31,175 bases of DNA from an uncultured virus (IMG/VR IMGVR_UViG_2585428076_000002). Lineage: Duplodnaviria; Heunggongvirae; Uroviricota; Caudoviricetes. This document shows positions 18,597-27,745 of the stretch, one piece after another. The notes under the pieces were generated by a model. That model saw nothing but the letters and a program-made list of their open reading frames with translations, was not told the DNA's origin and made no database searches. The first letter of the stretch is position 1. Each line of letters begins with the position of its first letter. The position numbers were made by a program, and so were the translations under genes. The DNA is taken from the IMG/VR virus record IMGVR_UViG_2585428076_000002. The stretch is one strand, 5' to 3'.

Positions 18597-19310
18597 ATGT
18601 ATCAGCTTTATTTGTCCTCGTTCCTGTTTCCAGTAGCGCCGGAGAAGCTCACACTCAAGATCGACAACCGGAATGAGACCGTGGAACTGATCGGTGACGG
18701 TGTGGTCAGCATCCTGAAGCAGCCGGGACTGACCAAAGTCACGTTTTCCACGCTGCTGCCCAATGTGCGCTATCCATTTGCGGCCTATGAATCGGATTTT
18801 CAGCCGGCATCCTGGTATCTGACTGCCTTGGAACAGATCAAGCTGTCGGCGAAACCGGTCGCTTTTCGCCTGCTGCGCACGGCATCCGGGCTGTCCTGGC
18901 AAACCTCGGACACCACCTTGCGTGTCTCTCTTGAGGAGTACACCATCAACGAGGATGCCGCACAGTATGGCGGCGATGTGATGGTAGATGTGACGCTGCT
19001 GCAATATCGAGCGTGGGCGACTAAAACGCTGGAGATCACAAAGACCGCATCGGGCGGTGCATCGGCTGCGATCACAACACCGCGCGACACATCTGGGCGT
19101 GAGACACCGCAAAGCTATACGGTACAGGCAGGGGACAACCTCTGGAATCTCGCCAAAAAGTATTTGGGCGATGGTTCCAAAAGCGACCAGCTGTATGAAA
19201 GCAACCGCGAGACCATCGAGCAGGCGGCCAGACAAAATGACAGAGCCAGCTCGTCAAACGGCTGGTGGATCTATCCGGGCACCGTGCTGAAATTACCGGA
19301 GGGCAGTTAA
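18597..19310 (+). CDS. XkdP-like tube initiator with LysM domain
   Basis: YTVQAGDNLWNLAKKYLG...IYPGTVLKLP; ATG at 18597. Confidence 0.92.
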   Translation: MYQLYLSSFLFPVAPEKLTLKIDNRNETVELIGDGVVSILKQPGLTKVTFSTLLPNVRYPFAAYESDFQPASWYLTALEQIKLSAKPVAFRLLRTASGLSWQTSDTTLRVSLEEYTINEDAAQYGGDVMVDVTLLQYRAWATKTLEITKTASGGASAAITTPRDTSGRETPQSYTVQAGDNLWNLAKKYLGDGSKSDQLYESNRETIEQAARQNDRASSSNGWWIYPGTVLKLPEGS

Positions 19311-21176
19311 ATGGGAAAATATGTATGGCCCTGTCCGGGATACAGCAGAATGTCCTCAGATTACGGGTATCGAATCCATCCGATTTCGGGAGACCGTAAG
19401 TTCCATGACGGCATTGATCTGGCCGCGCCGAGCGGAACGGATATTCTGGCCTGTGGTGCGGGTACTGTGAAGGTCTCAGGTTGGAACAGCGGCGGTTATG
19501 GCAATTACATCCGTATTGACCACGGCGGCGGTTTGGAGAGTTTTTACGGACATTGTAAAGCGCTCTATGTCAAGGTCGGTGCGACGGTCAAAGCAGGGCA
19601 GCGTATTGCGGCAGTCGGTACGACCGGTGCTTCGACCGGCAACCATCTACATTTTGGAATGCACCGAAACGGCAGTTCGGTCAATCCGTTATCTTACGTC
19701 AGTGCCAAAGATACGACTGCCAATTACACCGGCAGCAGCACATCGACCAGCACGGAAAATCGCGTGCGTGCCAAGTTTACCGCATACTATCCGGCAGATA
19801 ATGCAATGGAAGGCGGATTTTACGACGCACAGGGCAATCTGCTCGACCCGTCCAAGCGCACGATGGCAGCGCCGAAATCGGTCCCGTTCGGTACACAGGT
19901 CACCATCATAGGAACAGGAACCAGCCGGGACGGTACAACCTATACGGTCAATGACCGCGGCGGCGCGATTACCGTGGAAAATGGTGTCTATCACTTCGAT
20001 ATTTTGATGGGCACCGCAGCTGAGTGCAACAGCTGGGGCGTGAAGTATGGATATGCCATCTTGGGCGGAACCGGGGCTGCCGATACCGGCAGCGGGACAG
20101 GCGCAGTCACGACCGAGAAAAAGGAGATCACAACGGTTGTGGTGCAGTCGGTCACCGGTCTGTCTGCCGTCCAGAAGAATCAGCTGCTCGATCTGCCGCC
20201 GCACTTGACCAACGGCATGGAGCTGCGCATCCAGAATGATAAGATCTATGTGCCCTGCGTGGCAGGTGAGGTTAAACTGGAACGCTCTCGCAAGGGAGAG
20301 CCTGCAAAACTGACGTTTACCGTGATGAAGGATGCAATTTTGAACTTTCAGGAGGGTAACCCGGTCACACTGCATTGGAATGGCATACCCGCCTTTGCTG
20401 GGTTTGTCTTTGAAAAGAGCCGACAGGACTTGGAACAGATCAAGGTTATCGCATACGACCAAATGCGCTACCTCAAGAATGAGGATACGCTGTCCTACGA
20501 GAACAAGACCTATGCCGAACTGCTGCGTATGCTGGCAGCTGACTACGGCCTGAAGTGCGGACAGATCGCGGACACCAAGTATAAGATTCCCCATCGGCTG
20601 GAGGAGGGACCCCTGCTCGATATGCTGCAAACGGCATCCGATCTGACCGTGGTCGCTACCGGAAAGCTGTATGTGCTCTATGATGCCTTTGGTGCCCTAA
20701 CCCTTGCGGGTCTGGACACCATGCGCATGGACAGTTATGTAGTGGATGCTGATACCGCGCAGAGTTTCGACTACACTTCGACCATCGACAAAGGCGTGTA
20801 CAACAAAATCAAGCTCGCTGTGGACAATGGTGACACTGGCGTGCGCGAGACCTATGTATATAACGACACAGGCAGCCAGGCGGTCTGGGGACAGCTGCAA
20901 TATTATGAAAAGCTGGACGAGGACACCGACCCGGCGCTGCTGGCCGAAAAGGCCAAAGCTCTGCTTGCGTACTACAACCGCAAAAACCGCAGTTTGAAAG
21001 TCAAGGGCGCAATCGGAGATATTAACGTGCGCGGCGGTACGTTGCTGCCGGTCTTTCTCAACATCGGCGACATCATTGTGCGCAATTATATGTGTGTGGA
21101 GTCGGTCACCCATCACTTTGTGGACGGATTGCACACCATGGATTTGGCACTGGCAGGAGGAGAATTTCAGGCATGA
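19311..21176 (+). CDS. Baseplate hub (XkdQ/YqbQ-like) with N-terminal M23 peptidase and 3D domains
   Basis: HDGID...YGH...HLHF (M23); TAYYP, VNDRGGAI, HFDI (3D); AYDQMRYLKN, YNKIKL, HTMDL (XkdQ). Confidence 0.88.
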   Translation: MGKYVWPCPGYSRMSSDYGYRIHPISGDRKFHDGIDLAAPSGTDILACGAGTVKVSGWNSGGYGNYIRIDHGGGLESFYGHCKALYVKVGATVKAGQRIAAVGTTGASTGNHLHFGMHRNGSSVNPLSYVSAKDTTANYTGSSTSTSTENRVRAKFTAYYPADNAMEGGFYDAQGNLLDPSKRTMAAPKSVPFGTQVTIIGTGTSRDGTTYTVNDRGGAITVENGVYHFDILMGTAAECNSWGVKYGYAILGGTGAADTGSGTGAVTTEKKEITTVVVQSVTGLSAVQKNQLLDLPPHLTNGMELRIQNDKIYVPCVAGEVKLERSRKGEPAKLTFTVMKDAILNFQEGNPVTLHWNGIPAFAGFVFEKSRQDLEQIKVIAYDQMRYLKNEDTLSYENKTYAELLRMLAADYGLKCGQIADTKYKIPHRLEEGPLLDMLQTASDLTVVATGKLYVLYDAFGALTLAGLDTMRMDSYVVDADTAQSFDYTSTIDKGVYNKIKLAVDNGDTGVRETYVYNDTGSQAVWGQLQYYEKLDEDTDPALLAEKAKALLAYYNRKNRSLKVKGAIGDINVRGGTLLPVFLNIGDIIVRNYMCVESVTHHFVDGLHTMDLALAGGEFQA

Positions 21177-21475
21177 AGCAGTTGATTGAAGTGATCAAAC
21201 AGGTTGCGCTCGCAGCTGTCCGGGAGGACAAGCCGACCGAGATCGTGTTCGGCACGGTCGTTACCGCACAGCCGTTGACCGTGCGCCTGTCGCAGAAGCG
21301 TATCTTAGGGCCGGACTATCTGGTGGTGCGTGCGTCCTGTGAAATCCAATGTCCGGGAGAGGGATGCGCACCGCGCTGTCAATGCGATGTGTACCAACCG
21401 GGAGATAAATTGATTCTACTGCGCTTCCAAGGCGGCCAGCGCTATCTGATATTCGGAAAGGAGGGGACACTGTGA
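21173..21475 (+). CDS. DUF2577/XkdR-like baseplate protein
   Basis: FGTV...PL, GDKLILLRFQGGQRY; AGGAG RBS before ATG 21173. Confidence 0.88.
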   Translation: MKQLIEVIKQVALAAVREDKPTEIVFGTVVTAQPLTVRLSQKRILGPDYLVVRASCEIQCPGEGCAPRCQCDVYQPGDKLILLRFQGGQRYLIFGKEGTL

Positions 21476-21900
21476 TTCCAACCCTGTACGGGGATGACCT
21501 AACAGCTGATTTCACGCTGCGCACACAGCCCACCCGCACCTATCGCCTGAACTTTGGCGGCAAACCATCGACCGGGATGCTGGATGGTCAGGAAGCGATG
21601 AAGCAGACCATTTTTATGATTCTGCACAGCGAGCGATATGCACATGAGATTTTCTCGTGGAATTACGGTGTGGAACTGGTCAGCCGGATTGGACAGGCAA
21701 ACACACCGCTTTTGGAAAGCCTGATCCGGCAGTCAATCTCGGAAGCGCTTTTGCAGGATGACCGGATCTTGCGTGTTGAAAATTTTGCATTTGTTCGTAA
21801 TCGCAAGCAGCTGACGGTGCGATTTACGGCGGTGACAACCGAGGGAGAGGTTCCAAGTGAATATGACTGGTGGGGAAAAGGTGAGGAGGTGACTGCATAA
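21472..21900 (+). CDS. DUF2634/XkdS-like sheath initiator
   Basis: AMKQ.I..IL.SERY...IFSWNYGVEL, EALLQDDRI. Confidence 0.9.
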   Translation: MIPTLYGDDLTADFTLRTQPTRTYRLNFGGKPSTGMLDGQEAMKQTIFMILHSERYAHEIFSWNYGVELVSRIGQANTPLLESLIRQSISEALLQDDRILRVENFAFVRNRKQLTVRFTAVTTEGEVPSEYDWWGKGEEVTA

Positions 21901-22979
21901 TGGCGTATCGGGATGGCATTACCTTTGACAGCGTTATGGCCGATCTGCTGGCAGCGGTGCCGGATACCGTGGATAAACGAGAAGGCTCGGTGATTTATGA
22001 TGCCCTTGCACCGGCTGCGGCAGAGATTGTCAAATGCTATATCGAATTGGATGTCGTCATGGATGAGACTTTCGTGGACACGGCATCGCTTTACGGCCTG
22101 ATGAAGCGCTGTCGGGAGCGAGCCGTACCCATTCGGGATGCATCTGCGGCCGTCATTGAGGCGCAGTTTACCCCGGCAGAGATCTCGATTCCCAACGGTA
22201 CACGATTCAATCACGATGGCGTGAACTATGCGGTGACCGATCGGGTGTCACCGGGTGTGTACCGCCTCGTATGCGAACAGACCGGTACAGCGGGCAATGT
22301 TTCCAGCGGCTTTTTGCTGCCCATCGAGTACATTGCCGGACTGGCTACTTCTCAGATTACCAGTCTGATCGTTCCGGGCGAGGACGCGGACGACGCAGAT
22401 ACCTTGCGCAAGCGTTACTATGATAGCTTGGAAGGCTTGGCATTCGGCGGCAATATCTTGGATTATAAACAGCGTGTTGGACTGCTGGATGGTGTAGGCG
22501 GCGTCAAGGTGTATTCGGTATGGAATGGACCGGGAACGGTCAAGCTGACGATTTTGGGCGCGGATGGGAAACCGCCATCCGGCGCCTTGGTAGAACAGGT
22601 GCAGACAGCGGTAGATCCGGAGCAGAATCAAGGGGAAGGGTTGGGGATTGCGCCGATTGGTCATACGGTTTTGGTGACTGGTGCCAGGGCAGAGCCAATC
22701 AATATTCAAACCCAGATTACATTTGCAGAGGGCTGGGAATTTGACACAGCGCAAAGTGCGCTGCGGGAAGCGGTCATGGCGTATTTTGTCACGCTGGCAG
22801 ATGCCTGGGCGGATGAGACTGCGACCATTGTCCGCATCTCACAGATTGAGAGCGCCCTTCTCGCGCTTGATAGTGTTCTGGATGTGGCAGACACCAAACT
22901 GAATGGTACACCTGCCAATGTTCAGCTGGATGCGGATGCGGTTCCGAGTCTTGGTACATTGGAGGTGACGCAGCCGTGA
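21900..22979 (+). CDS. Baseplate J/gp47 protein (XkdT-like)
   Basis: DKREGSVIYDALAP, FGGNILDY, WNGPGTVK, APIGH. Confidence 0.95.
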   Translation: MAYRDGITFDSVMADLLAAVPDTVDKREGSVIYDALAPAAAEIVKCYIELDVVMDETFVDTASLYGLMKRCRERAVPIRDASAAVIEAQFTPAEISIPNGTRFNHDGVNYAVTDRVSPGVYRLVCEQTGTAGNVSSGFLLPIEYIAGLATSQITSLIVPGEDADDADTLRKRYYDSLEGLAFGGNILDYKQRVGLLDGVGGVKVYSVWNGPGTVKLTILGADGKPPSGALVEQVQTAVDPEQNQGEGLGIAPIGHTVLVTGARAEPINIQTQITFAEGWEFDTAQSALREAVMAYFVTLADAWADETATIVRISQIESALLALDSVLDVADTKLNGTPANVQLDADAVPSLGTLEVTQP

Positions 22980-23590
22980 AGCCATTGATTACTTATCTGC
23001 CTTGGGCCTTTCGTGATGTTCTGGAATATCGGTATCTCATGGCAGCGGAAGACGTGCAGCTGGAACGACTGCACAAGGCCGAGAAAAGCCTGATGGATAA
23101 TCAGTTCTTGGACGACATGGACGAGCTGGGAATTCGTCGTTGGGAAGGAATTTTGAAGCTGCATCCGCTGAAAACCGATCAGCTGGATGATCGGCGTGCA
23201 CGGGTGAAGGCGCGGCTGCTGGAAAATCAGGCGTTTACAATGCGATATCTCAGACGCTTTTTGCAATCCATGTTTGGAGAAGGGAATACACAGGCGCACG
23301 TTCAGAATTACGTGCTGCACGTTGAAATTCCGGCTGATACACAGGCAAAAGAGCAGATTTTGCGAGAGCACATCCTGCGCATTAAACCTGCGAATATCGC
23401 TTATGAACAGGCAACTGTTGCTCAGCCGATGCAGACAACCCTGTACCTCGGCGGTGCATTGATGCCGTCGCCTGTGACCACCCAGCTTCCACAATACCTA
23501 CCAACCTATGACGCTGTCTCGGCTTATCCGGGCGGCGTGATGTGCAGCGTAACAACCCTCAGACTACCACCGATGGAGGTGACCAATTAA
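22976..23590 (+). CDS. DUF2313/XkdU-like baseplate wedge protein
   Basis: YLP, NQF, GIRRWEGIL, KPANI motifs. Confidence 0.88.
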   Translation: MKPLITYLPWAFRDVLEYRYLMAAEDVQLERLHKAEKSLMDNQFLDDMDELGIRRWEGILKLHPLKTDQLDDRRARVKARLLENQAFTMRYLRRFLQSMFGEGNTQAHVQNYVLHVEIPADTQAKEQILREHILRIKPANIAYEQATVAQPMQTTLYLGGALMPSPVTTQLPQYLPTYDAVSAYPGGVMCSVTTLRLPPMEVTN

Positions 23591-24313
23591 ATGTATGGAT
23601 TTATCATTCCGGCCAAAGGCATGGAGCTTTTGACCGGCCTGCTCGCCGGGGACACGCTGACCATTACCCGGTGTATGGTCGGCACCGGTCAGGTCCCGGC
23701 AGAGATCCAGCCGACAGCCTTGACCGATCTGGTTCAGCCGATTGCCCAGGCCACAAGCACCCAGCCGCTTGTGCACGGCAAACAGGTTGATTTTACGATT
23801 CAATATCGCAACGACCTGCACGGCGGTTTGGAAAACGGCTTTTATTTGCGTGAGTTCGGCGTTTTTGCTCGCGATAAGAGCGGTACAGAGGTAATGATCT
23901 ATTACGGCAACTTGGGCGACTATCCCCAGTGGGTGCAGCCCTACACCCAGGGTGCGGTCGAAGTCAGAAGTTTCCCCGTCGCCATTGGAGTCAGCAACGC
24001 GCCCACTGTGATCCTGGAGTATAACGCGGATGCCTTTATGACCGCTGAGGATGTGGCCGATTATTGCACCGTTGTCATTCTGCCGCTGTTTTTGGACGAG
24101 GCGCGGCAGCTTATCGCGCAGCACAACACCGACCCGGCAGCGCATCCGTATATCCTGGGTATAACCGATCAGCTGGACAGCCGTATGTCTCTCATTGAGC
24201 TGCAATACAGCACGGACGTCAACGGAAACCCGTTCCGCGTGACGTTTGAAAATCTGGACAGCGTGGACGTTGCGGGTGTCTGGAATCAGCAGAAAGCACG
24301 CGTGGAGTTTTAA
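23591..24313 (+). CDS. Tail fibre attachment/collar protein
   Basis: GFYLREFGVFA motif, HNTDPAAH repeat. Confidence 0.8.
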   Translation: MYGFIIPAKGMELLTGLLAGDTLTITRCMVGTGQVPAEIQPTALTDLVQPIAQATSTQPLVHGKQVDFTIQYRNDLHGGLENGFYLREFGVFARDKSGTEVMIYYGNLGDYPQWVQPYTQGAVEVRSFPVAIGVSNAPTVILEYNADAFMTAEDVADYCTVVILPLFLDEARQLIAQHNTDPAAHPYILGITDQLDSRMSLIELQYSTDVNGNPFRVTFENLDSVDVAGVWNQQKARVEF

Positions 24314-24327
24314 ATAGGTGAAAATGA

Positions 24328-25896
24328 ATGGCAAATTTTAATTACCAATACGAAGGGAATCATGCAGCAGATGATCCGTACCGTATGCGCTGTGATGCGT
24401 ATGTGATTGGTGAATCAATCTCGGTAAGTGCTAGTTTTAGTTTTGATGCATACTACACTGACAGCTATCCAGGTAGAGAAGCTAAGTTCTTTTTGTATTC
24501 TGATGCCGCATTCTCTAAATTGATTTACAGTGCTACAGATGGTGCATCAGTTAAACCTGGCCTTAATAATACTGCATCAATAGTATATTCGCCGAAGATT
24601 AGTTGCGATATTTGGGTTAAAGTCGAAGGCTGGCGTTCTACCAGTGGAAGTGACAAACATTTTATTACCGCTAAGACGGATTCCCCAATACATGTAACTG
24701 TAAATGCATCCCCAACGGTGCCAGTATCTATTTCTATCCCAGACACCATTCGTGGCGGGGAAGATGCAAAAGTTAGTTGGCCAGCTGCAACCGACCCGGA
24801 TGGCAATCTCGACGGATACATCGTTGAGCGTTCGTACAACGGCGGCTCGTCTTGGTCGCAGATCTATCAGGGACGTGAGACGAGCACGACAACCATGATT
24901 CCGCTTGGCACGGAAACAGTTATGTTCCGTGTTTGCGCCTACGATACTGCTGGTGCAAAATCCGGTTGGCGGACAAGTGAAAACCGCACAGTCATTAACA
25001 ACCGCGCACCGGCAGCACCGCCGTCGATCTCCGTGCCGCTCAAGCCTGCGGGCGGCGAGAAATTGACCGTAACTTGGACGGCGTCCACCGATGCCGATGG
25101 CAACCTAGAGGGCTATGAGCTCGAACGCCAGTGGGACGGCACGGGTGCATTCACGCAGATTTACAAGGGCACGGGCTTGTCCTATCAGGACAGCATCCCC
25201 AAGGGTGAGCACACCAGCGTCGTCTATCGCGTCCGGGCTTACGACAGCTTTGCGTCCTATTCGTCCTACACGACCAGCCCGAGCCGCACGATCGACAACA
25301 ACACGGCGCCGGTCATTGAGTGTAGCCAGTCGGGTGACCTGGGCGAGAAATCCGAGGGGTTCAGTATCCAGTATACAATTAAAGACGCTGAAAAACAGGA
25401 GGTAACGGTCACTGAAAAGGTGGGTGATATGGTCAAGCGTACCTATAAGGCGACGCTGGACGAGCAGGCCACCTTTGAAATTACCGACGAGTATTTCCAG
25501 AAGATTCTCAACGGCGCACAGACCGTGCAGATCGTGGCTACAGACTCGGCGGGCAAGTCGTCCACACTCGAGCTGACCTTTACCAAGGCTGTACATAAGG
25601 CGGTCATTACACTGGAAGAACCGTTAGCAGTCGAGGAACAGATCACGGTCGCCGTGCTGGCCATCACCGGCAAAATTCCGGCCGATGCAACCCAGCTCAT
25701 CGAGCTGACCAACAACGGCAACGACCCGGAACCGGTATGGGAAGACGCGACCGCCGACGTTAAGGCTGGACGCAATCACCCGTTCACCAACAAGACCCAG
25801 ACCAACGGCTGGGCGTTTAACTTCCGCGTCACCGTCGAGCGCGGTGAAAGCGGCGAGGACGGCAACATCGTATCCATCCAAGGAGGTTTTCAGTAA
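24328..25896 (+). CDS. Tail fibre / receptor-binding protein with two FN3-like repeats
   Basis: Two ~98-aa repeats (W.A.TD.DGNL.GY..ER...YRVRAYD) at about 24703-25296, Ig-like C-terminus, low-GC N-terminus. Confidence 0.8.
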   Translation: MANFNYQYEGNHAADDPYRMRCDAYVIGESISVSASFSFDAYYTDSYPGREAKFFLYSDAAFSKLIYSATDGASVKPGLNNTASIVYSPKISCDIWVKVEGWRSTSGSDKHFITAKTDSPIHVTVNASPTVPVSISIPDTIRGGEDAKVSWPAATDPDGNLDGYIVERSYNGGSSWSQIYQGRETSTTTMIPLGTETVMFRVCAYDTAGAKSGWRTSENRTVINNRAPAAPPSISVPLKPAGGEKLTVTWTASTDADGNLEGYELERQWDGTGAFTQIYKGTGLSYQDSIPKGEHTSVVYRVRAYDSFASYSSYTTSPSRTIDNNTAPVIECSQSGDLGEKSEGFSIQYTIKDAEKQEVTVTEKVGDMVKRTYKATLDEQATFEITDEYFQKILNGAQTVQIVATDSAGKSSTLELTFTKAVHKAVITLEEPLAVEEQITVAVLAITGKIPADATQLIELTNNGNDPEPVWEDATADVKAGRNHPFTNKTQTNGWAFNFRVTVERGESGEDGNIVSIQGGFQ

Positions 25897-26486
25897 TGGC
25901 ACTTTGGTATGATGACAAAAAGCAGACCCGACCGCCCACACAGGGCGGCGGCACTGACCCGGCACTCGAACGCCGGGTCGAGACTCTTGAGACGACCAGC
26001 GGAGAGCAGCAGGCTGATATTGACAGCATGACCTCTGTGATGCAGCAGACCGCGCCGCAGCAGTTGGCAGCCTTTGCGCGTGTCATGGCCGTGCAGGCCG
26101 CGCCCACGATGACCGATTCCCAGGCACTCACCATGCCCGACCTGTTTCCGACTTGGGAGCAGGTGCTGGAGGAAGCGCAGCCGCTTAAAAAGGATGCGAT
26201 CATCAACGACGGCGGCACGCTGTACCGTGTTGTGCAGGACAACACCACGCCGCAGGAGGGACAGCCGCCGCACGGCGAGGGCGTGCTGGCTGTCTATCGC
26301 CCGATCGACCAAAGCCACGCAGGCACGGCAGAAGACCCGGTCCCGTGGATCTACGGCATGGACTGCCACGAGGGCACATATTACAGCTACAACGGCAAGA
26401 CTTACCTGTGTAAGTCGGATATGCTGCCGTGTGTCTGGGCCCCGGATACCGCAGGCCTGTGGCAGTGGGAAGTACAGGAGGGATAA
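25896..26486 (+). CDS. Tail-associated protein, possible carbohydrate-binding C-terminus
   Basis: Short coiled coil, then aromatic repeats (LYRVVQ, GTYYSYNGKTYLC, GLWQW). Confidence 0.65.
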   Translation: MALWYDDKKQTRPPTQGGGTDPALERRVETLETTSGEQQADIDSMTSVMQQTAPQQLAAFARVMAVQAAPTMTDSQALTMPDLFPTWEQVLEEAQPLKKDAIINDGGTLYRVVQDNTTPQEGQPPHGEGVLAVYRPIDQSHAGTAEDPVPWIYGMDCHEGTYYSYNGKTYLCKSDMLPCVWAPDTAGLWQWEVQEG

Positions 26487-26487
26487 T

Positions 26488-26925
26488 ATGATTGTACATC
26501 TGACAGACACAAAAGCCGTCCTGATGGGCGGTGCAGCGATTGCGGGCGGCGCGATCAGCCAGGCGTTTGGCGGCTGGGATGCCGCCATGATGACGCTGCT
26601 CATTTTTATGGCCATCGATTATGTGTCCGGCCTGATCGTCGCGGGCGTGTTTCAGGCATCGGATAAGAGCGCATCTGGTAGCCTGAGCAGCATTGCCTGC
26701 TGGCAGGGACTCCTTAAAAAAGGCATGACGCTGATCATCGTCTTGGTGGCTGCGCGGCTGGACATTGTCCTGGGCACGGCGTTTGTCCGGGATGCGGTCG
26801 TGATTGCCTACATTGTCAATGAGACGATCTCGATTATCGAGAATGCTGGACTTATGGGCCTGCCGGTGCCCGATGTCATCATGCAGGCCATTGAGCAGCT
26901 GCAAGGTAAGAATGGGCAAAAATAA
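26488..26925 (+). CDS. Holin (Phage_holin_4_1 type)
   Basis: FGGWD, IDYVSG, GLLKK, NE.ISIIENAGLMGLPVP; GGAGG RBS before ATG 26488. Confidence 0.95.
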   Translation: MIVHLTDTKAVLMGGAAIAGGAISQAFGGWDAAMMTLLIFMAIDYVSGLIVAGVFQASDKSASGSLSSIACWQGLLKKGMTLIIVLVAARLDIVLGTAFVRDAVVIAYIVNETISIIENAGLMGLPVPDVIMQAIEQLQGKNGQK

Positions 26926-26967
26926 AACGTGTCCAAATTGGACACGCACGGTGAAAGGAGTACATAT

Positions 26968-27684
26968 ATGGCAAAGGTTTTTCTGGGAGTCGGTCACGGC
27001 GGCAGCGATCCGGGCGCACAGGGCGGCGGTCTGGATGAGGCCGACATCAATCTCGGCATTGCGGTTGCGTGCCAGGCGGAACTGGTGCGCCACGGCGTAC
27101 AGGTTCGCATGAGCCGTATCAAAGATGAGGACGATCCGCTGACCGAGGAGATTCAGGAGTGCAACGCCTACGATCCGGATCTGGCTGTGGACATCCACAC
27201 CAACGCGGGCGGCGGCACCGGCTTCGAGGTGTATCACACGCTGGGCGGTGGTAAGGGTAAAATTCTTGCGCAGAATATCGAGGCTGAGGTCAAGGCCATT
27301 GGTCAGACCTCACGCGGCTGTAAGACCAAAGCAAATAGCGCAGGCCGTGATTATTTTGGGTTTATCCGGGAGACAGCGTGCCCGGCGGTCATCTGTGAGT
27401 GCGCGTTTATCGATACAGCAGCCGACCGGGTGAAGGTTGATACCGCGGACAAGCAGGCCGTGTTCGGAAAGGCGTATGCACGCGGCATTCTCAAGACGCT
27501 GGGTATCGCGGTGCAGCTTGAGCAGGTGACCGATCCTGATGTACAGACCGCGATCGACACCATCCAGATCAAGGCAGGGCTGGAGGAGCAGACGATTCGT
27601 TATCTGCTGGATTACCAGTACGGCGAGGCATTGGTCAAAAAGCTGGCGCGAGCAATGGATAGAAATTTAGTGGTTAGTTCCTAA
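26968..27684 (+). CDS. Endolysin, N-acetylmuramoyl-L-alanine amidase (Amidase_3)
   Basis: GHGG.DPGA, E, IHTNAGGG.GFE, ECAFID; AAGGAG RBS before ATG 26968. Confidence 0.95.
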   Translation: MAKVFLGVGHGGSDPGAQGGGLDEADINLGIAVACQAELVRHGVQVRMSRIKDEDDPLTEEIQECNAYDPDLAVDIHTNAGGGTGFEVYHTLGGGKGKILAQNIEAEVKAIGQTSRGCKTKANSAGRDYFGFIRETACPAVICECAFIDTAADRVKVDTADKQAVFGKAYARGILKTLGIAVQLEQVTDPDVQTAIDTIQIKAGLEEQTIRYLLDYQYGEALVKKLARAMDRNLVVSS

Positions 27685-27716
27685 TTGTGGTAGCGTGTAT
27701 CTGAGGGGCAGTATAA

Positions 27717-27745
27717 TAAATGGCCGGATAATTTCCGGCCATTTA
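27717..27745. terminator. Probable bidirectional terminator between the lysis genes and the cargo island
   Basis: Perfect 12-bp inverted repeat TAAATGGCCGGA-TAATT-TCCGGCCATTTA between convergent genes. Confidence 0.8.

Noticed and set aside
14060..24313. Stand-alone tailocin / PBSX-like defective element
   Set aside because: Replication, terminase, portal and capsid genes are present and intact, consistent with a full prophage.
7406..27237. Long minus-strand ORFs (e.g. 7406-8767, 11082-12050, 17642-18589, 19689-20630, 26203-27237)
   Set aside because: Antisense shadows of GC-rich structural genes, with no recognisable motifs.
23591..27684. Diversity-generating retroelement or invertible fibre cassette
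   Set aside because: No reverse transcriptase, TR/VR pair, invertase or flanking inverted repeats seen; the FN3 repeats are diverged protein repeats.
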